Shown: positions 1 to 13,623, counted from the whole stretch's first letter. The stretch is 62,512 nucleotides of DNA, filler included, from Hausera hauseri (GCA_046269625.1; 9 parts of 9 records of this genome joined end to end with filler, not necessarily neighbours in it), one strand, 5' to 3'. Made by a program: numbers and translations. The notes: a model not told the origin generated them from the letters alone.

Positions 1-221
1 ATAATACGAACAGATCAGATTCTAACTGGGATAGGAATAGAGGAAATTATAAAGGCTCGAATTACTCGAATCAAAATAGCGATAACCGAAATAATGATAA
101 TCGACGGAATGTAGACAATGCACAAGGCTTGTCAAACCAGTATAATAAAAGCATAAATAGATCTAAGTCACCGGTGAACGAAGACGGTTGACAAAGAATT
201 GGCAGAAATGGAAATCTAGTT

Positions 222-263
222 TGTCTTACTTGTGGTAAGGAAGGACATATCTCAAGATCATGT
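222..263 (+). pseudogene. gag: Gag nucleocapsid CCHC zinc knuckle
   Basis: Translates as CLTCGKEGHISRSC (CX2CX4HX4C), preceded by an N/R-rich low-complexity segment. Confidence 0.85.
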
Positions 264-545
264 CCAAATTCGCGTAGCGTTTCGTTTACTGAACCAAATA
301 AGACTAGTATAATTAGGATCAATGAAAATTTAGAAGCAAAGTATGGCGTTCGTGGAGATACAGGCACTATCATCGATATATAGGACTTGAGAAAATTTTT
401 AGATGCTCAGCCGGATACTACTAACTTAGAAATTTTGATGGATAAAAGAAAATACGGAGATAAGTTGAGAATACTAGAAGTGTATCACGGTTTTGCCAAA
501 CCAGAAACGGAATATGCATACACAATAGCACCTAAATGACTTGAT

Positions 546-3500
546 ATGACACGAAAAAAGAGTGTTCCGATAAGTAATAAACCATCTGATAAACAAGGCA
601 CATCGACGGCCGTAGACTTAGATGCAGCGCCTGAGTTTACGGTTGAAAAAGTAATTAAGTCTACTGAGGACGATGCAACAGAAAAAGAATTTATGGAACC
701 GTTAATACTTAAAATTACGAAGAATAGAGGCCGTAGCCCTTCTCTAAAAACGAAACGAAGAAGTCGTTCATGTTCCAAATTAACCAGATAGAAAATTGAA
801 GAAACGGAAAACCCGAACGTCGTTGTAGGAGGCGACACGGACCATAGTTTAAATACACCAAAGATTGGCCCACCTACGCCTGTCGGAGTAGCAGAGCCTA
901 TAGAGTCAATTTGTGAAATTAACGAGATTTGCCCATTTCCCATTAGTGAGGAAGAAACGGCAAATAATGATGATTTCGATCCAAAGAAATGGAAAGTCCG
1001 ACATTCGTGGAAAAACGCCGATGAATTAAAGAAAATGAGAATTAGATTCCGCGATCCAGAAATACTACAGCAAAATTTAGAAAGGCTTAAGCAGATTAGC
1101 GAACAAGTAGATATATCCGGAAAGGAGCAACAATATGCTGAGAGGTTATATAAAAATTTGGAACTAATTTGTGAAAGATAACTCGCTGAAGCAATCGACG
1201 TAAGACAACCTGAAGAGGTGTCAGCAGAAACATTGTTAAATAGGAAGCATGAATTAGAATCTTGGATTAAAAGTGGAGTCGAGTTTTCGGAATGATGGAA
1301 TAAGAATGAAGATAGTGTCGACGTAAAAGTCACTAAAGCTCAAACTCTATTGTCAACTTTAGAAGTAAACCCAAAGTTGAAGAGAGTGGTCCGAAATATA
1401 GAACGTATGATGGATGAAATTCGTTACGCAATGATTAATCGACTTAGAGAAAAACCGGTTAACCATCGCAGTAATATCGATTTAGAAATATTGGGTATAG
1501 ACCCGTTGGATATTCCTCCCTTGACGCAGATAATAAAAATCGCATTTGCTACGCCCAAACAAAATACAATCCTAGAAAACCGAATTAAGATAGAAAATGA
1601 AAAGCAAACACAGATTTATAGCTTAAGGAATCGAATCAGGTCCCCAAATTACGAAGAGACTCAATATGTAATAAAAGCTTGTATCGTAGAGTTGGACGAG
1701 TACAAGGACGAGTTTAGTTATGTCGGTCGGATTATGGATTTCCTAAGAGGGCCGGACGATGAGTTAAAAGATGCATATAAGATGTTAGATAAGGCTATAA
1801 TGACAAAACTGATAATCGCAAATCAACTGTCGGAGTGGTCCAAATTAGTAACGCGATTAACCAAATTAGTAGAAGATCGGAAGAAGGAATTTCCGCCAAG
1901 CAAGCCGATGGTAAAGATGCAACTAGAAGAAAGTGCTCATGATTTAGGCACAATGCGGATAGAAATAGACATTTTCACTCAATTCGAAGCATTACGACGA
2001 TTGAAATTCATGAAAAAGGAACAAGAAGCATCGATATTAGAAGAGATCTACAAACTGATTGAAGAGACGAACTTTACAGAAAAGCGGGACATGATTTACG
2101 GTGTGAACTCAAGATTAAGGGTTATTCGACTAGAAGAAGTCCAGTACTTAACGGAAAAACTTATCGACGAGATCTCGGCCCAAGATATTGAAATCTTAGA
2201 CATTTGTCCGGGACATCGAGACACGTTAACGGGCGCAATAAAATTTTTGCATAAACCACAAGAATGGATGGCCGGATCGATTCAGAATTTCTATAGCAAG
2301 TTGAAAAAAATAAGAGAAGACTCACATTTTAGTTCACAGGAATACAAGTTCGTGAAGAAACTGTCGGATGAATAGACCCCTAATCAAAAGTTATAAATGA
2401 GATGTATGAGTTAGCCTATTTATTGGTAGAAATGGCGGAGATTAATGACGAGAGGATGAGGCAATTGATGCCAAATATACAGAAAGTTGAAGAAACGTGC
2501 ATCAAAACGAAACAAAGAGCAACGAGGCTAGATGAACTGGCAAGAGAATTCGAAATTTACCGAAACAAATATGCTTTTGCGGAATCCGAAATCAAAAATA
2601 AGCGAGAATTCGTATAAAGATGGCAAAAGGATGTAATTATCGAACTAACAGATTATCACCAAAAAGGACTCATCGACTCTAACAAAGTCGGAGAATTACT
2701 GAGAATGATCGAATATGCCGGCAGAAATGGAATAGGTTTTCGGACTACGCAAATGAAAGAAATACAGCCCAGGTTACAAAAAATTCGAGAAAATATGCAA
2801 CAAACAAGCGTAGCTTTGGTAGGCGCTGGACTTCCAGATGTCGGTAATGAGCCGGAATGGGATGCATACTTCGACGCAATGCTGACCGAAAAATCCATGA
2901 CTCCAGTACAATTGAATGAGATAGAAACATGCCCACAGAATAGGAGATTCAATGTGGAGATGCTACTAGATTCAGCGCTTACTGAAAAAGATTTGATTGA
3001 ATTAATTAATGTGAATATTACTGAAAATAAATTACGACAACTTATTCCAACTTTAATTAAGTTGTCTACTGAGAACACAGTTTATAGCACGGTGCCGAAG
3101 CTTTTGATAAAAAAATATGCTAAAATATTAAGGACTAAAGCTAAAGTAGCGATAAAAGTAATGATATCATCCGAGTGAATGGATGAAAAAGAATGTGAAT
3201 TAACTACATATTCTTATGTGAAAGATGTAATAGAATGGTTGTTAAACAATGGTGGAACAAACGAGCTAAATTACAGATTTACTTCAGAGGTAGAATACTC
3301 GACGACCTAGAACAGCTAATATATGTCGGGATTATTCCCGACGAAACAAATCGGATAGTAGCAATAATAGCTAATGAACATACAAAAGAAGAAGCCACAC
3401 GGAAGGCTACAGCGGAACAATGCGTAGGACAAATCATGGGAGTCCGGGATGCTGCAATGTATTTCGAGTATTTACAAACAGATGAAGATACGGAACAATA

Positions 3501-4080
3501 CGATATAAATTTAGTACCACTGTGTGAAATAACCGCTAAAGGCCAAAAGCCGAAACGTCTAGTATGTAGACCCAAGAAAACGCGAGAAGTAGACTACAAC
3601 GGAGAATTGATTAGAGAATTGAGACAAATGTCAATCCCGACTTTTAGCACAGAAAATGAGGAATTAAATGAACTAATGAAGAATTTGGTACGAATTGTAA
3701 ATTATTTAAGCCTTCGAGTTGATATATTAGACGACAAGGAATAGATAATTTTCTATACAGCCAAAATGATGGGAAGTTCACGTTTCAAACTATAGAAAAG
3801 TAACTTAACCGATGAATCGGTGATCGAGAAGATCATGGTAGAAAACACCAACGAGGAGTCGAGAAAAGTGTTATTATACTTAGCTATCAAAATAAATCCT
3901 AGTCGAGAGAACGAAATTAATAGAGCTATAAGTTTGGCACGAAAAGCAGCAAGAAGGATGCCTTGAGAAGTAAGTTGGACAAAATTGTTTGACAAGAAAG
4001 AAGACAGACAGACCAGTAATAAAATTGATTATATATTGCGTAATTTAACAACGACGGATGTTGGTCACCGGAAAAATGAG
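546..4080 (+). pseudogene. Large accessory region of the retroelement: E/K/R-rich helical/coiled-coil protein with a ubiquitin-like domain at about 3140-3375
   Basis: Chain of same-strand ORFs (1350-2375, 2402-2617, 2705-3178, 3235-3744) with protein-like helical composition; segment KLQIYFRGRILDDLEQLIYVGI resembles ubiquitin [21 protein letters not shown]. Confidence 0.6.
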
Positions 4081-4085
4081 TCGAA

Positions 4086-6062
4086 ATGGTTATTCAGCTT
4101 ACTTACTTAATGATGCTAATAAAACACATAGGCGCAGTTACAGTCTATGATTGCGATACGTTTAAATTAGGACAGAAATATTCCCTAATGGATTTAGAAA
4201 TGTGCGAAAATGCCAGACCACACAAGTTGGAGACAAAGGAGAAAAACTACTTCCTATAACAACAACAAGAACTTATATCGTTGGATGGGATGGAATGCAT
4301 GCCTAGACGATCACGAAGCATTTTCATTGTGGATTAGTACACGGACATTCCTCTATAATCAAGCCAACAACTTCATTAATTCCGATGAATTTAGAACGCC
4401 AACACTGCAAGCAAGCAAAGGAAACTGGAAGAATACAATGGGACAGTGTGCAATTCAAGATGCAACCAGGAAAGATAATCAGGGCATACAAAATGGTAGC
4501 CAAAAGATTAGATATGCATAACCGACACTGTAATGGAGCAGAATACGATACCGGAAAGGGATTAGAATCAAACGTGGTGGTTGTAGATTTTTACGAGTCA
4601 GAAATGCGATCACAAAAAGTAATGTTCCATAATGTAACTAAGTTATACACTGAAAATCAGAAATGCCATTTACAAGACGGAACTTGCGCTTTTAGAAACT
4701 CGGTTATAATATGGGAACCTCCTTCTGGAAAAATTGTAATTTCATTAAAATTAAAAAACTAAAGTTCAATGAGACTACAGGAAAACGATACGTGGACAAG
4801 TCAGAAACCAATTCGACAACACGTGAGGACGTATCAGAACACTCTACACCTACTATATTAATTTCAGGCCAGCATGGATTGAAATTTATTAAAAAAGAGA
4901 TGATTTCTCGCTGTGATATAGTGATGTTTTCTACGAACTATGAGGGGTTTTTTGTCGCAGAAACAGGGATAAGTGCGAAAACTTATAAGGTAGAAACACA
5001 GGATGTCCGCATCGAAGATTACCTGAAAAATCGAAACGATTACTTTTACTACAAGGGGCAAGTCGGAATAACGGAATTATATCATAAAATGATAATGAAT
5101 GATTGCAAATTGGATAGAGAAATCATGAAAGCTAAAATGGCTCTGATATATAAAATCCAGAGTTGGTTTCACCAATAATTCCCATAAAAGAAGGAATTTT
5201 TGGTCTGGTAACAGGCGAAGTACTGCTAACTTATGAATGTGAAAAGAGAGATGTATCCATCAACGTGGAAGAAAAACGTTACATTCAAGAACTTCCTGTT
5301 ATTTACCAAAATATTCCGAGATTAGCTACACCGCTGACAAAAGTGTTATAGGATAACAATACCCAACTGACCATAGGTAAAAATTGTAAGACAAGCTTAG
5401 GAGAACCTATGTTTAGACGTAGTGAGACACACTGGGTCAGCTTGCCAAATGGAGGTATTATTGCCGCTCCAAATAAACTGACAGGAACAAATCTTGCAAA
5501 AGGAATAACAGATGATAAATTTCAAGACACCTCGTCGAAAGGCATATACATACCAAATAAAATTGAAGCTTTCAGACAATTTCTTGCCTTTCTAAGACAA
5601 CGAACACACGAGCTAAACCGAGCCATGGCATCCGTAGTAGATGATACACGATACCAGGCTAAATGGGAATCTTTGCTAGGCGTAAATCATTATCAGCGAG
5701 TAACCGCAGAAATACTCTACAAAATTTGGGGTAGATTCCTAATTTTCGGACAAGCTGCATCCGGATTTTTAGATATATATTTTTTAATACAAATGATCAA
5801 AGCAGTCATCCAAGCCGTAATCAATGGGTATGACATATTTACGTTGACTGTATTTTCTTGCAAGATATTGACTGTTATCATAACACCTTTTGGGAAATTC
5901 TTAAAAACATATAAAGAAAACAGATGGAAATCAGACGTGGAACGGCATGTTGGATATTATAATCGTAAACGAAGAAGAAGACCTATATTTTTGCAGAAAC
6001 GGAAATTTACAAAACCTAGTATACGAAGAAATAATTCAGATGATGACGAGCCTAAGGGATGA
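4086..6062 (+). pseudogene. env: Chuvirus-like (Monjiviricetes-type, class III) envelope fusion glycoprotein, frameshifted
   Basis: Signal-like MVIQLTYLMMLIKHIGA, then VYDC..YSLMDLEMC, IFHCGLVHGHSS, CHLQDGTC..IIWEP, DYLKNRNDY, DCKLDRE, GEVLLTYECE, ELPVIYQN..TPLTKVL, GIYIPNKIEAFRQFL and a C-terminal hydrophobic stretch WGRFLIFGQAASGFLDIYFLIQMIKAVIQAVINGY; matches the chuvirus G motif series as I recall it. Confidence 0.82.
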
Positions 6063-6584
6063 GAAGCGCTTCTAGGAATAAATAGACACAAGATGTACTC
6101 GATCATCAAGGCACCATTGCCCATGTTACCTTCTACTGCTCCATTCTATGACAATTGCGACAAACGATCCATGAGTTCATATCAGACGGAAATCTATAAA
6201 AGAACAATTAATGTAGAAGATTCTTACGAAGGAACGAAACGTTACGGAATTCTACGGAAAATGTGCTACCGACAATCCACAGATGGTCCAAAGATGTTGT
6301 ATTCTCCGAAAGAGAGCCTCGGAATATAAAAAGTAGATCAACGGTTTGAGATAATCAAAGGTTAAGAAAAATTTCAAAATACGGAATTAAACACTAATAA
6401 TCGAAAACCATTAATCAGTACACATGAAGAGGAAGAAGTACACATAGAAAACAACGAATTATATCCAAACGAAGAATTAAGACAATTATCAGAGAATATA
6501 GATTCCTCCCCCGAAATCCGAATCAATGGACATAAAATATCGGCGACTAAATGTCCAAAAGTAGCAGCAAATTGTTTCGGGACA

Positions 6585-7310
6585 GTGATAGAAGGAAGAC
6601 CTTTCGCCAAAATTACTATCGAAGATTGGAAAGGTTATGCCTTAATCGATACAGGATCGGAAATGTCTTACATTAAAAATGAGTCAATACCTCAAACGCT
6701 AAGAGGACAATTATATCCTGCATCCGCGAAAGATTTAGGAAGTACGGGAGCTTTTGGTCAAATGTCAAAACCAATGTTTAAGTGGAACCCAAAAGTTCAA
6801 ATAGCTGGACAATTTTTCCGTCATGAATTTGCAGTTATGGAGCAACTAACCGACGACGTAGTTTTAGGATGTGATCTACTAAAAAGACTGCCAAATATAG
6901 CAATTGACTTACAAACAAGGAGGCTAATAGAAATCAGGCCGAACAAAGGCGTGAAAAGCGCTAAGGATAGAAAATTTAAAGAACTGTGGGTACCAGTTGA
7001 CGAAAACATTCCACCAAGAACAGAAATGATAATTTATGCCCAGATACAGCAAGATGACGATCAACCAGTATATTTTGAACCGAGAGATACGTTAGATCCA
7101 AATATATTACTCAGCAATGTATTAACGAGAGTACACTCCGGCCGAGTACCAATCAGAATGGCTAATAACGCGCAAACTCCTGTCAAGCTCCATGCTTATA
7201 CTATTTTAGGAGACACGTATAGAGTATCGTCAATAACTATCGAAGAAAAACCTTACAAGTATGCCGAATTTCCACCTCATGTCGAAACTAAATTTTCACC
7301 TGAGTCTTAA
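6585..7310 (+). pseudogene. pol: Retropepsin aspartic protease plus downstream linker domain
   Basis: ALIDTGSEMSYI active site and DVVLGCDLL motif. Confidence 0.9.
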
Positions 7311-8700
7311 TGTCGATTTTACGAATTATTATGCCGATATAAATCGATTATTACCAAGGACGAAGAAGATATCGGTAGAGCGAAAGCATTAAAACTAACT
7401 ATTCCACTCAAGAAAAAACCAGGATCAAACGATGAAATAGATTTGGAAAACCAAAAGATGCCAAAATGGTATCCTCCACCACATTCATTGAGACCCGAAA
7501 TAACAAAGGATGTTAAACGAATGCTTAAAGCCGATATAATTAGGCCCAGCTACAGATCTTGGTATTCACCAATCCTCATGGTTAAGAAGAAAGGTACTAC
7601 TAAACATAGATTTTGTATCGATTACAGAGCTTTAAATAATCTTATGATGAAAGACTTTCGCATTGCCATCAGTAAAGGAAGCATTAGATAGACTCTCAGG
7701 AGCAATATGGTTCACCACTCTGGACATAATCCGGATACTGGCAAGTGGAGATAGAGGACAAAGACCGCTAAGACAGCATTTAAAACACACGATGGTGTTT
7801 ATGAGTTTAATGTCATGCCGTTCGGTATTACTACCGGGTCAGCCATATTTACGAGAACGATGAACAAAATGTTAATGGGACTGGATCACGCCTTTGCATA
7901 TTTATATGATGTGATGATAGCGTCAAAAACCGAAGAGGAACACTTAAAGGATATTGAACACACACTGATAAGGCCAGAACAAGCCGGCTTGAAATTAAAT
8001 CCAAAATGCAAATGGGCTCAAAATGCAGTATCCTACCTTGACCATATAGTTGGAGAAGGAGGATAAAAACCATATGAATCGCTGCTAAATAAAATATCAG
8101 ATTGTAGGGAACCACAAAACCAAAAAAATTAAGGCACTGGCTAGGATTATGCGGTTATTATGCAACCCATGTGCCAGATAATTCAAAGATAAACGCACCT
8201 CTATATCGTCTGCTTAAAAAAGGAATTAAATGGAAATGGACAGACGTCAAACAGAAAACTTTTGACGAGATGAAGATATTAACAAGTGAACCTGTTTTAC
8301 GATATCCAGACTTTAACTTGCCCTTCATAATCAAGACAGACGCCAGTAAAGAAGACATTTGATATGAATTAGCGCAGAAAAGAGATAAAGAATTAGGGCA
8401 CCCGATTGCTTATGGAGGACGTTCCTTGAAAAAGGCTGAAAAAAACTATTCTGTTACCGAATTAGAAACTCTAGCTGTAAAAAAAGCACTTCGACACTTC
8501 AACGTTTATGCGTACGGGCAGAAAATTATAATCGTCACTGATCACAAGGCCGTTACGACCTTAAAGTGACGAGCGAATAATCCGACATGCAGACTTAACA
8601 GATGGATCGAAGAAATCTCCAGATATAATATCGAATTCCAGTATAAGCCAGGGAATAAACATGTAGACGCGGATGCACTATCAAGATTAAAGACGAAAAC
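7310..8700 (+). pseudogene. pol: Reverse transcriptase and RNase H (Gypsy type), frameshifted
   Basis: SWYSPILMVKKK, RFCIDYRALN, MPFG, AYLYDVMI (YxDD mutated), FIIKTDAS, KNYSVTELE, IVTDHK, HVDADALSR. Confidence 0.93.
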
Positions 8701-8716
8701 AAGCGCAATCAATATA

Positions 8717-10035
8717 ATGAAAAAGAGTCAACTTGAGGAAATAATAGACCGCCAACGCGCTTTAACGATGGATAAAGCCATCAAAATTTCAACAGAACAA
8801 AGAAAGGATAAAGTCATCCAACAGATTATAGAATTTGTTAAAAAGGATGTCATACCGAAGGGACGACAGTTAAAGAAACATTTACACAGACACGGACATA
8901 AATATTGCGTCTTAAATGACAAGAGCAATAAAGATATTTTATATTACGAACGGAAAGGAAGGAAATTGATTGTCATTCCCAAAAGTTTACGAACCGAAGT
9001 ATTAATGTCAGAGCATGACTCGTACTTAGCCGTACACATGTCCTGGAAGAAGACATTAGAAAGGATAATGAATAAATACTTTTGGCCTAGTATCTATATT
9101 GATGTGAGAAATTGGGTGAACGCTTGTGAAGTATGTGCAACTAAACAAAAGAAGACGAAAAATTACATGCCCGAATTAAAACCAATCGATGTACCCGACA
9201 GGCCCATGAAAGCCATGTCGATGGATATCGTAGGACCTCTTCCTACGACTCACAAGAACAATAAATATATTTTAACGTGTATTGATCGATTAACGCATTT
9301 CATCGAGTTGATAGCATTAATTGATCAAAAGGCAGAAACTTTGGCAGAAGCCGTAGTAAGAAGGATTATTTGCCGATACGGGCCCCCAGACCAGATACTC
9401 ACAAATCGAGGAAGAAATTTCACCGACGAACTATTCGAGAAAATTACTAAGATATCGAAATTGAACGACTAACAACTACCGCGTATCATCCTCAGTGCAA
9501 CGGAATGGTCGAGCAAATGAATGCCACTGTCATACGCATATTATCGACAGTAGTAGCAAAGGACCAGAAAGATTGGGACGAATTTTTGGAAGGGACTCGG
9601 TTTGCTATTAACACCACACCACATCCAGCAACAAGATTCACTCCATTTTTCATGATGTATGGACGCGAAACCGTGTTGCTAACGGACTTAGGAATGACGC
9701 CATACACAGTCAATCCCAAAGATTTAGAGCAGAATTTCGCAGAAGTATTACAAACGCGATTGCAAAAGTGTTGGGAGATCGCTAAAGAATTATCCCAAGA
9801 ATATCAAAAACAATTTAAAAAGTAATATGATAAGAAAGCAAAACCGCATGATATAGAACAAGGAAATTGTGTTTATATACACTATCCTGTAGCTAAAAGA
9901 GGCACTTCATTGAAATTGACCCGTACAGGCAGAGGACCGTACGAAGTAACCAGCGTTACGCCAACTACAGTGTATATTAACAAAAATGGAAAGGAAGAAG
10001 TTGTATCAGTACAAAGAGTTGTCAAGACAGAAATA
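8717..10035 (+). pseudogene. pol: Integrase (HHCC, DDE core, GPY/F module)
   Basis: HDSYLAVH...CEVC; SMDIVGPLP; ILTNRGRNF (second D mutated); YHPQCNGMVEQMN; GPYEV. Confidence 0.93.
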
Positions 10036-10089
10036 CGGCCAAACAAGGGTTATAATTTACGCCAACACGAGGTAGAAACTTCCTCAATA

Positions 10090-10879
10090 ATTGCCAGACC
10101 GATCTCATACGTTCAGATAGTCCTATCATTATCATTAATCGCTTCTTGTATTCCGAGAACACAAGCCCAATGGTGGCGCGATGAGTCTACGTTAGGAGAT
10201 ATATACGGAATTCGGAAGAGCGGATCAAAATCGTAACCGATTAAAGCGGAAAGGAAACCGACAGTCGAAGATATCCGAAGACAAGAAGATTCTAAATTAT
10301 TGCAATCAATGACGATTCATTATTACTCACCAAACGCTGTATGTGTTGGATTTAAGACTTGGAAACTAAACCACGATTTCGGAATATTTCAAATTGGTTT
10401 ATATGATGTTACAACAAAAGAAGCAAAGAATTGTGATTTTGAGCCTGGAGAAAATATGCAGTATTGCGACATAGATTTTGGGCGTACTTATAACCTTACC
10501 TATCGCCTATACTTACCAGACTCAGCCGAAATTTATATTGAAGTAAAACCACCATTTCAATTACTCATCCCTGCATGGAACAGACGTCATGGAGTAAAAC
10601 CCAATGAATTGCTACGATCTACCAACCCAGATATGAAACTATTAGACGAAAATATTCGGAGAATCTCTATTAACAAGCAAAAACAATGCATCCAAGTAGA
10701 TACCAGAACAGAATTCACTGTCAGCCGGGAAATCAGCATCACATTCGAAGCAGCAAGTGGACCAACTCCGAAAATAGAATATTGTTCTATTCGCGCAGGT
10801 GTGCAACACCCCTGTTGCAAACTACCCGTGAACCAAGAGTTTAAAATAAAATTTGATTTATATGAAGTACGACCTAATA
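10090..10879 (+). pseudogene. Post-integrase putative secreted/envelope-like Cys-rich protein, truncated at contig end
   Basis: Hydrophobic YVQIVLSLSLIASCIPRTQA in frame after the GPY module, followed by the Cys-rich, beta-rich ORF starting at 10300. Confidence 0.45.
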
Positions 10880-10979
10880 NNNNNNNNNNNNNNNNNNNNN
10901 NNNNNNNNNNNNNNNNNNNNNNNTTAATTAATTAANNNNNNNNNNNNNNNNNNNNNNNNNNNNNNNNNNNNNNNNNNNN
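10880..10979. other. Artificial contig linker (N44-TTAATTAATTAA-N44); also at 15803-15902, 21027-21126, 25324-25423, 31341-31440, 41103-41202, 46585-46684, 50733-50832
   Basis: Identical 100-nt structure eight times; the TTAATTAATTAA core gives stops in all six frames; sequences on either side are unrelated. Confidence 0.98.
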
Positions 10980-13613
10980 GCCGTAGAAATACCCATTCGC
11001 GATACTGAAATCGACCTTCACTTTTATATTTAAAGCAGCCGATTTTGTTTATGATGGTGTTGCTGTATAATGGATGATTATGTGGGTAATTGGACGTGGC
11101 CAGTAATCCGTCTGTCATCATTTGCCGCAGTATTTGTTTGCGATTGACGTTCTTAAGTTCCAAGAAAAAACTATCTGTGTCACCGGCAATTATATTGATT
11201 CTGCATTCACCGTCGCCGAACATTTGCCGGTATTGTGCCAAATCGCGATACTGAAGCCCATACATTCGTAACTTGCTCAAATCCAATACCACTTGTCCTA
11301 TATAACTTGGCCGGTCCAGTACGACTTCTTCCCCGTTTAAAAGCGCGGCAACCAATCCATGTCAATGTGCATTGCTCGTGTACGTGACCAATCGCTTTCC
11401 GCTATTTCACAGGCTTACATTGCTCCGCTTTTTCATATTCTCTACTGTTTTTCCGCAGAGCGAATTGTTTTTTTTAGTTTGTAATAGTCTTTTAATGACT
11501 TCATACAAGCTGCAGCTCGTTTTTCCGAATTCCGACTGATATACGGCTTGAATATTGCAGCATGTGCGAATCGGATTGTGCAATGCTGTGTGATGCGTAT
11601 ACCCAACTGCATGTAAAATTGTAACAGACACCAATGAACGATGTAATTTTGCCTAGGTTCATGCGTTATAAGCAGTTTTTCACCTTCGATCCCGGTGGAC
11701 ATTGTCTGATTGGTACCACCGGCAGTTCATACAGAAAGTCATGCAGCTTCTCTAATACCACGAGATCGAATTCCATCAGGTATTCGATTGAGCTGTTTTC
11801 TGACTTGTCTACTTTCGGCAGATTTTCTATTATTGCGTCCAGCTCTTGCTTGTCTACTATCCATTCCAATGAACCGTACGGCAAGGGTTGCGAAAGCGCC
11901 CAGACGTACAGGTTATTAATGTCAATATACAACAGTGATGTGGTATAATCACTGGTTACGTGATACTTGTTGACAAATGTCATGTCGCCACGAATACCAA
12001 CATCAAACATTCGGTACATTTCCGGGTCTTGCAATAGCTCGATATCCCGATCCAGTGATACCAACTTATTCCGGGTATTGAGTAAAAGTTGAGTGGCTCC
12101 AGCCTATCTTCTGCCAACGCTTTAGCTCGAAAGGTCTAAAACACATCGGCTAACGGGTACACATCCAATTTCAGATTGAGAAGCATGTACTCCAACAGGA
12201 TTCTGCAACCGAACTCTGCCAAAAACATATGTGCTTTGTGATATACTTCTTCTATGATACCGGGCCATTGCGTTGGCAATTCATCTGTCGTCTGCAGCCG
12301 CTCGCACGATATCGCAAAGTCATACGGGAATATGCCTTTGCTACGCGAGATATGTACAGGGAACTGAATCAATGCTAGCAGCATATCTGGCAAGGCATTC
12401 AACAGATTTTCCAATGATTCATCTAAAAATTGCAACGAATCAAGGAAGTGTACCTGGAACTGATTAATACGAGAAAACAGAGAAAGGTATTTCTCCATTG
12501 TAGTCGGAATTACGGATAGTTCCCAATGCGGAAATCCGTTTATGGCCCATGTTAAAATATTGTCGCAATCCCTGAAGTTATGAAATACCACCGGTAGGAC
12601 TGGCCGCACAAGCCTTGCCAAATTGCATGAACTGCATTCGGCTCCGAGATATCGACCGGTAAATTGATCGTGATTCGGTACGAGCCGTTACTGTGCATAG
12701 AACGGTAATATTTTGTGTCACAGGTAACATTCATCTCTGACTGCAAACGACAAGCATTCATCTTCATCTGACCAGATCAGATGTTTGGTGCTATTATTGC
12801 AATACCACGCTACGATTTCAGTTTCCACTATGGTATACAATTGCTGTAAGAAATCCCGTACACAATTTCATCCGTGAAAAATATAGTATTGAGGTATTGG
12901 GACAACCAACATACCGACGGCGATTGGAACATGCTTTTGGTCATACATGTTGCGCCGTGGTAAGATAGGTTTGATATCGGCATATACTGCATATGCCGGA
13001 CTCTCTTTTTGACCAATCAGTGAACCTGAGTTCCTTTTTGACAGGCATGACATACATTGTGTTTCCTGACGAATTTTGTCTACACAGAGTCACATGTTTC
13101 TCCCATGTTGTTTCTGATCTTAATCCATGCAGACATACGGTATGAATGATCGTCCAGATAAATATATTATGTCACTCGACTTTGTTATAATAAAGCCGAG
13201 GGTGACAATTTTTATAATTCGCCATCCACTACCCTTCTCCGTATAGTTGGCGATTTTCCCCTTGAGCTTTTCGCCCACATCGACAATAAAATCTTCGGAG
13301 TTTGATACAGCTCGATGTGGCAGGTACTATTGTTTCCTGTCACCTTGTACTTTGCAACGATGTTGGAATATCTCCTATTCTGATTCCAATTTCTTATTCT
13401 CAATTGCTTTGTTGTTGTTTTCTCCGACATGTTCACTTTTATGTCAATGTACGATCTGTTTAGATGGTACTTGACTGTAATATTGGGAATATTGGCTTCT
13501 TGTTGCTCCTGTTCTTGTTCTTATTCTTGTTCTGCTGCTACTGTTGCTGCTGCTGCTGCTGCTGCTCGGTACTGTTTCTGATTAAGTCGTCAAGACTTGT
13601 TGATGCCTGACAT
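10980..13613 (-). pseudogene. pPolB: Polinton/Maverick protein-primed family B DNA polymerase, copy 1, decayed
   Basis: PVVFHNFR, FLDSLQFL, KGIFPYD, LKLDVYPLADVF, LLYIDINNLY, DYYKLK, AGDTDSFF, IGCFK; N-terminal poly-Q. Confidence 0.92.
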
Positions 13614-13623
13614 TTTCTACTGG

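Larger units (their letters stand above)
1..10879 (+). mobile_element. Giant Ty3/Gypsy (Metaviridae) LTR retroelement, internal region, decayed; order gag - accessory - glycoprotein - PR - RT - RH - IN - second extracellular-type region
   Basis: All domains are collinear on the + strand with many stops and frameshifts; PR-RT-RH-IN order is that of Gypsy; no LTR in the visible part of the contig. Confidence 0.88.

Noticed and set aside
485-1333. 282-aa minus-strand ORF and similar antisense ORFs over retroelement and PIWI coding regions
   Set aside because: Shadow frames of the true opposite-strand coding sequence, with no motifs
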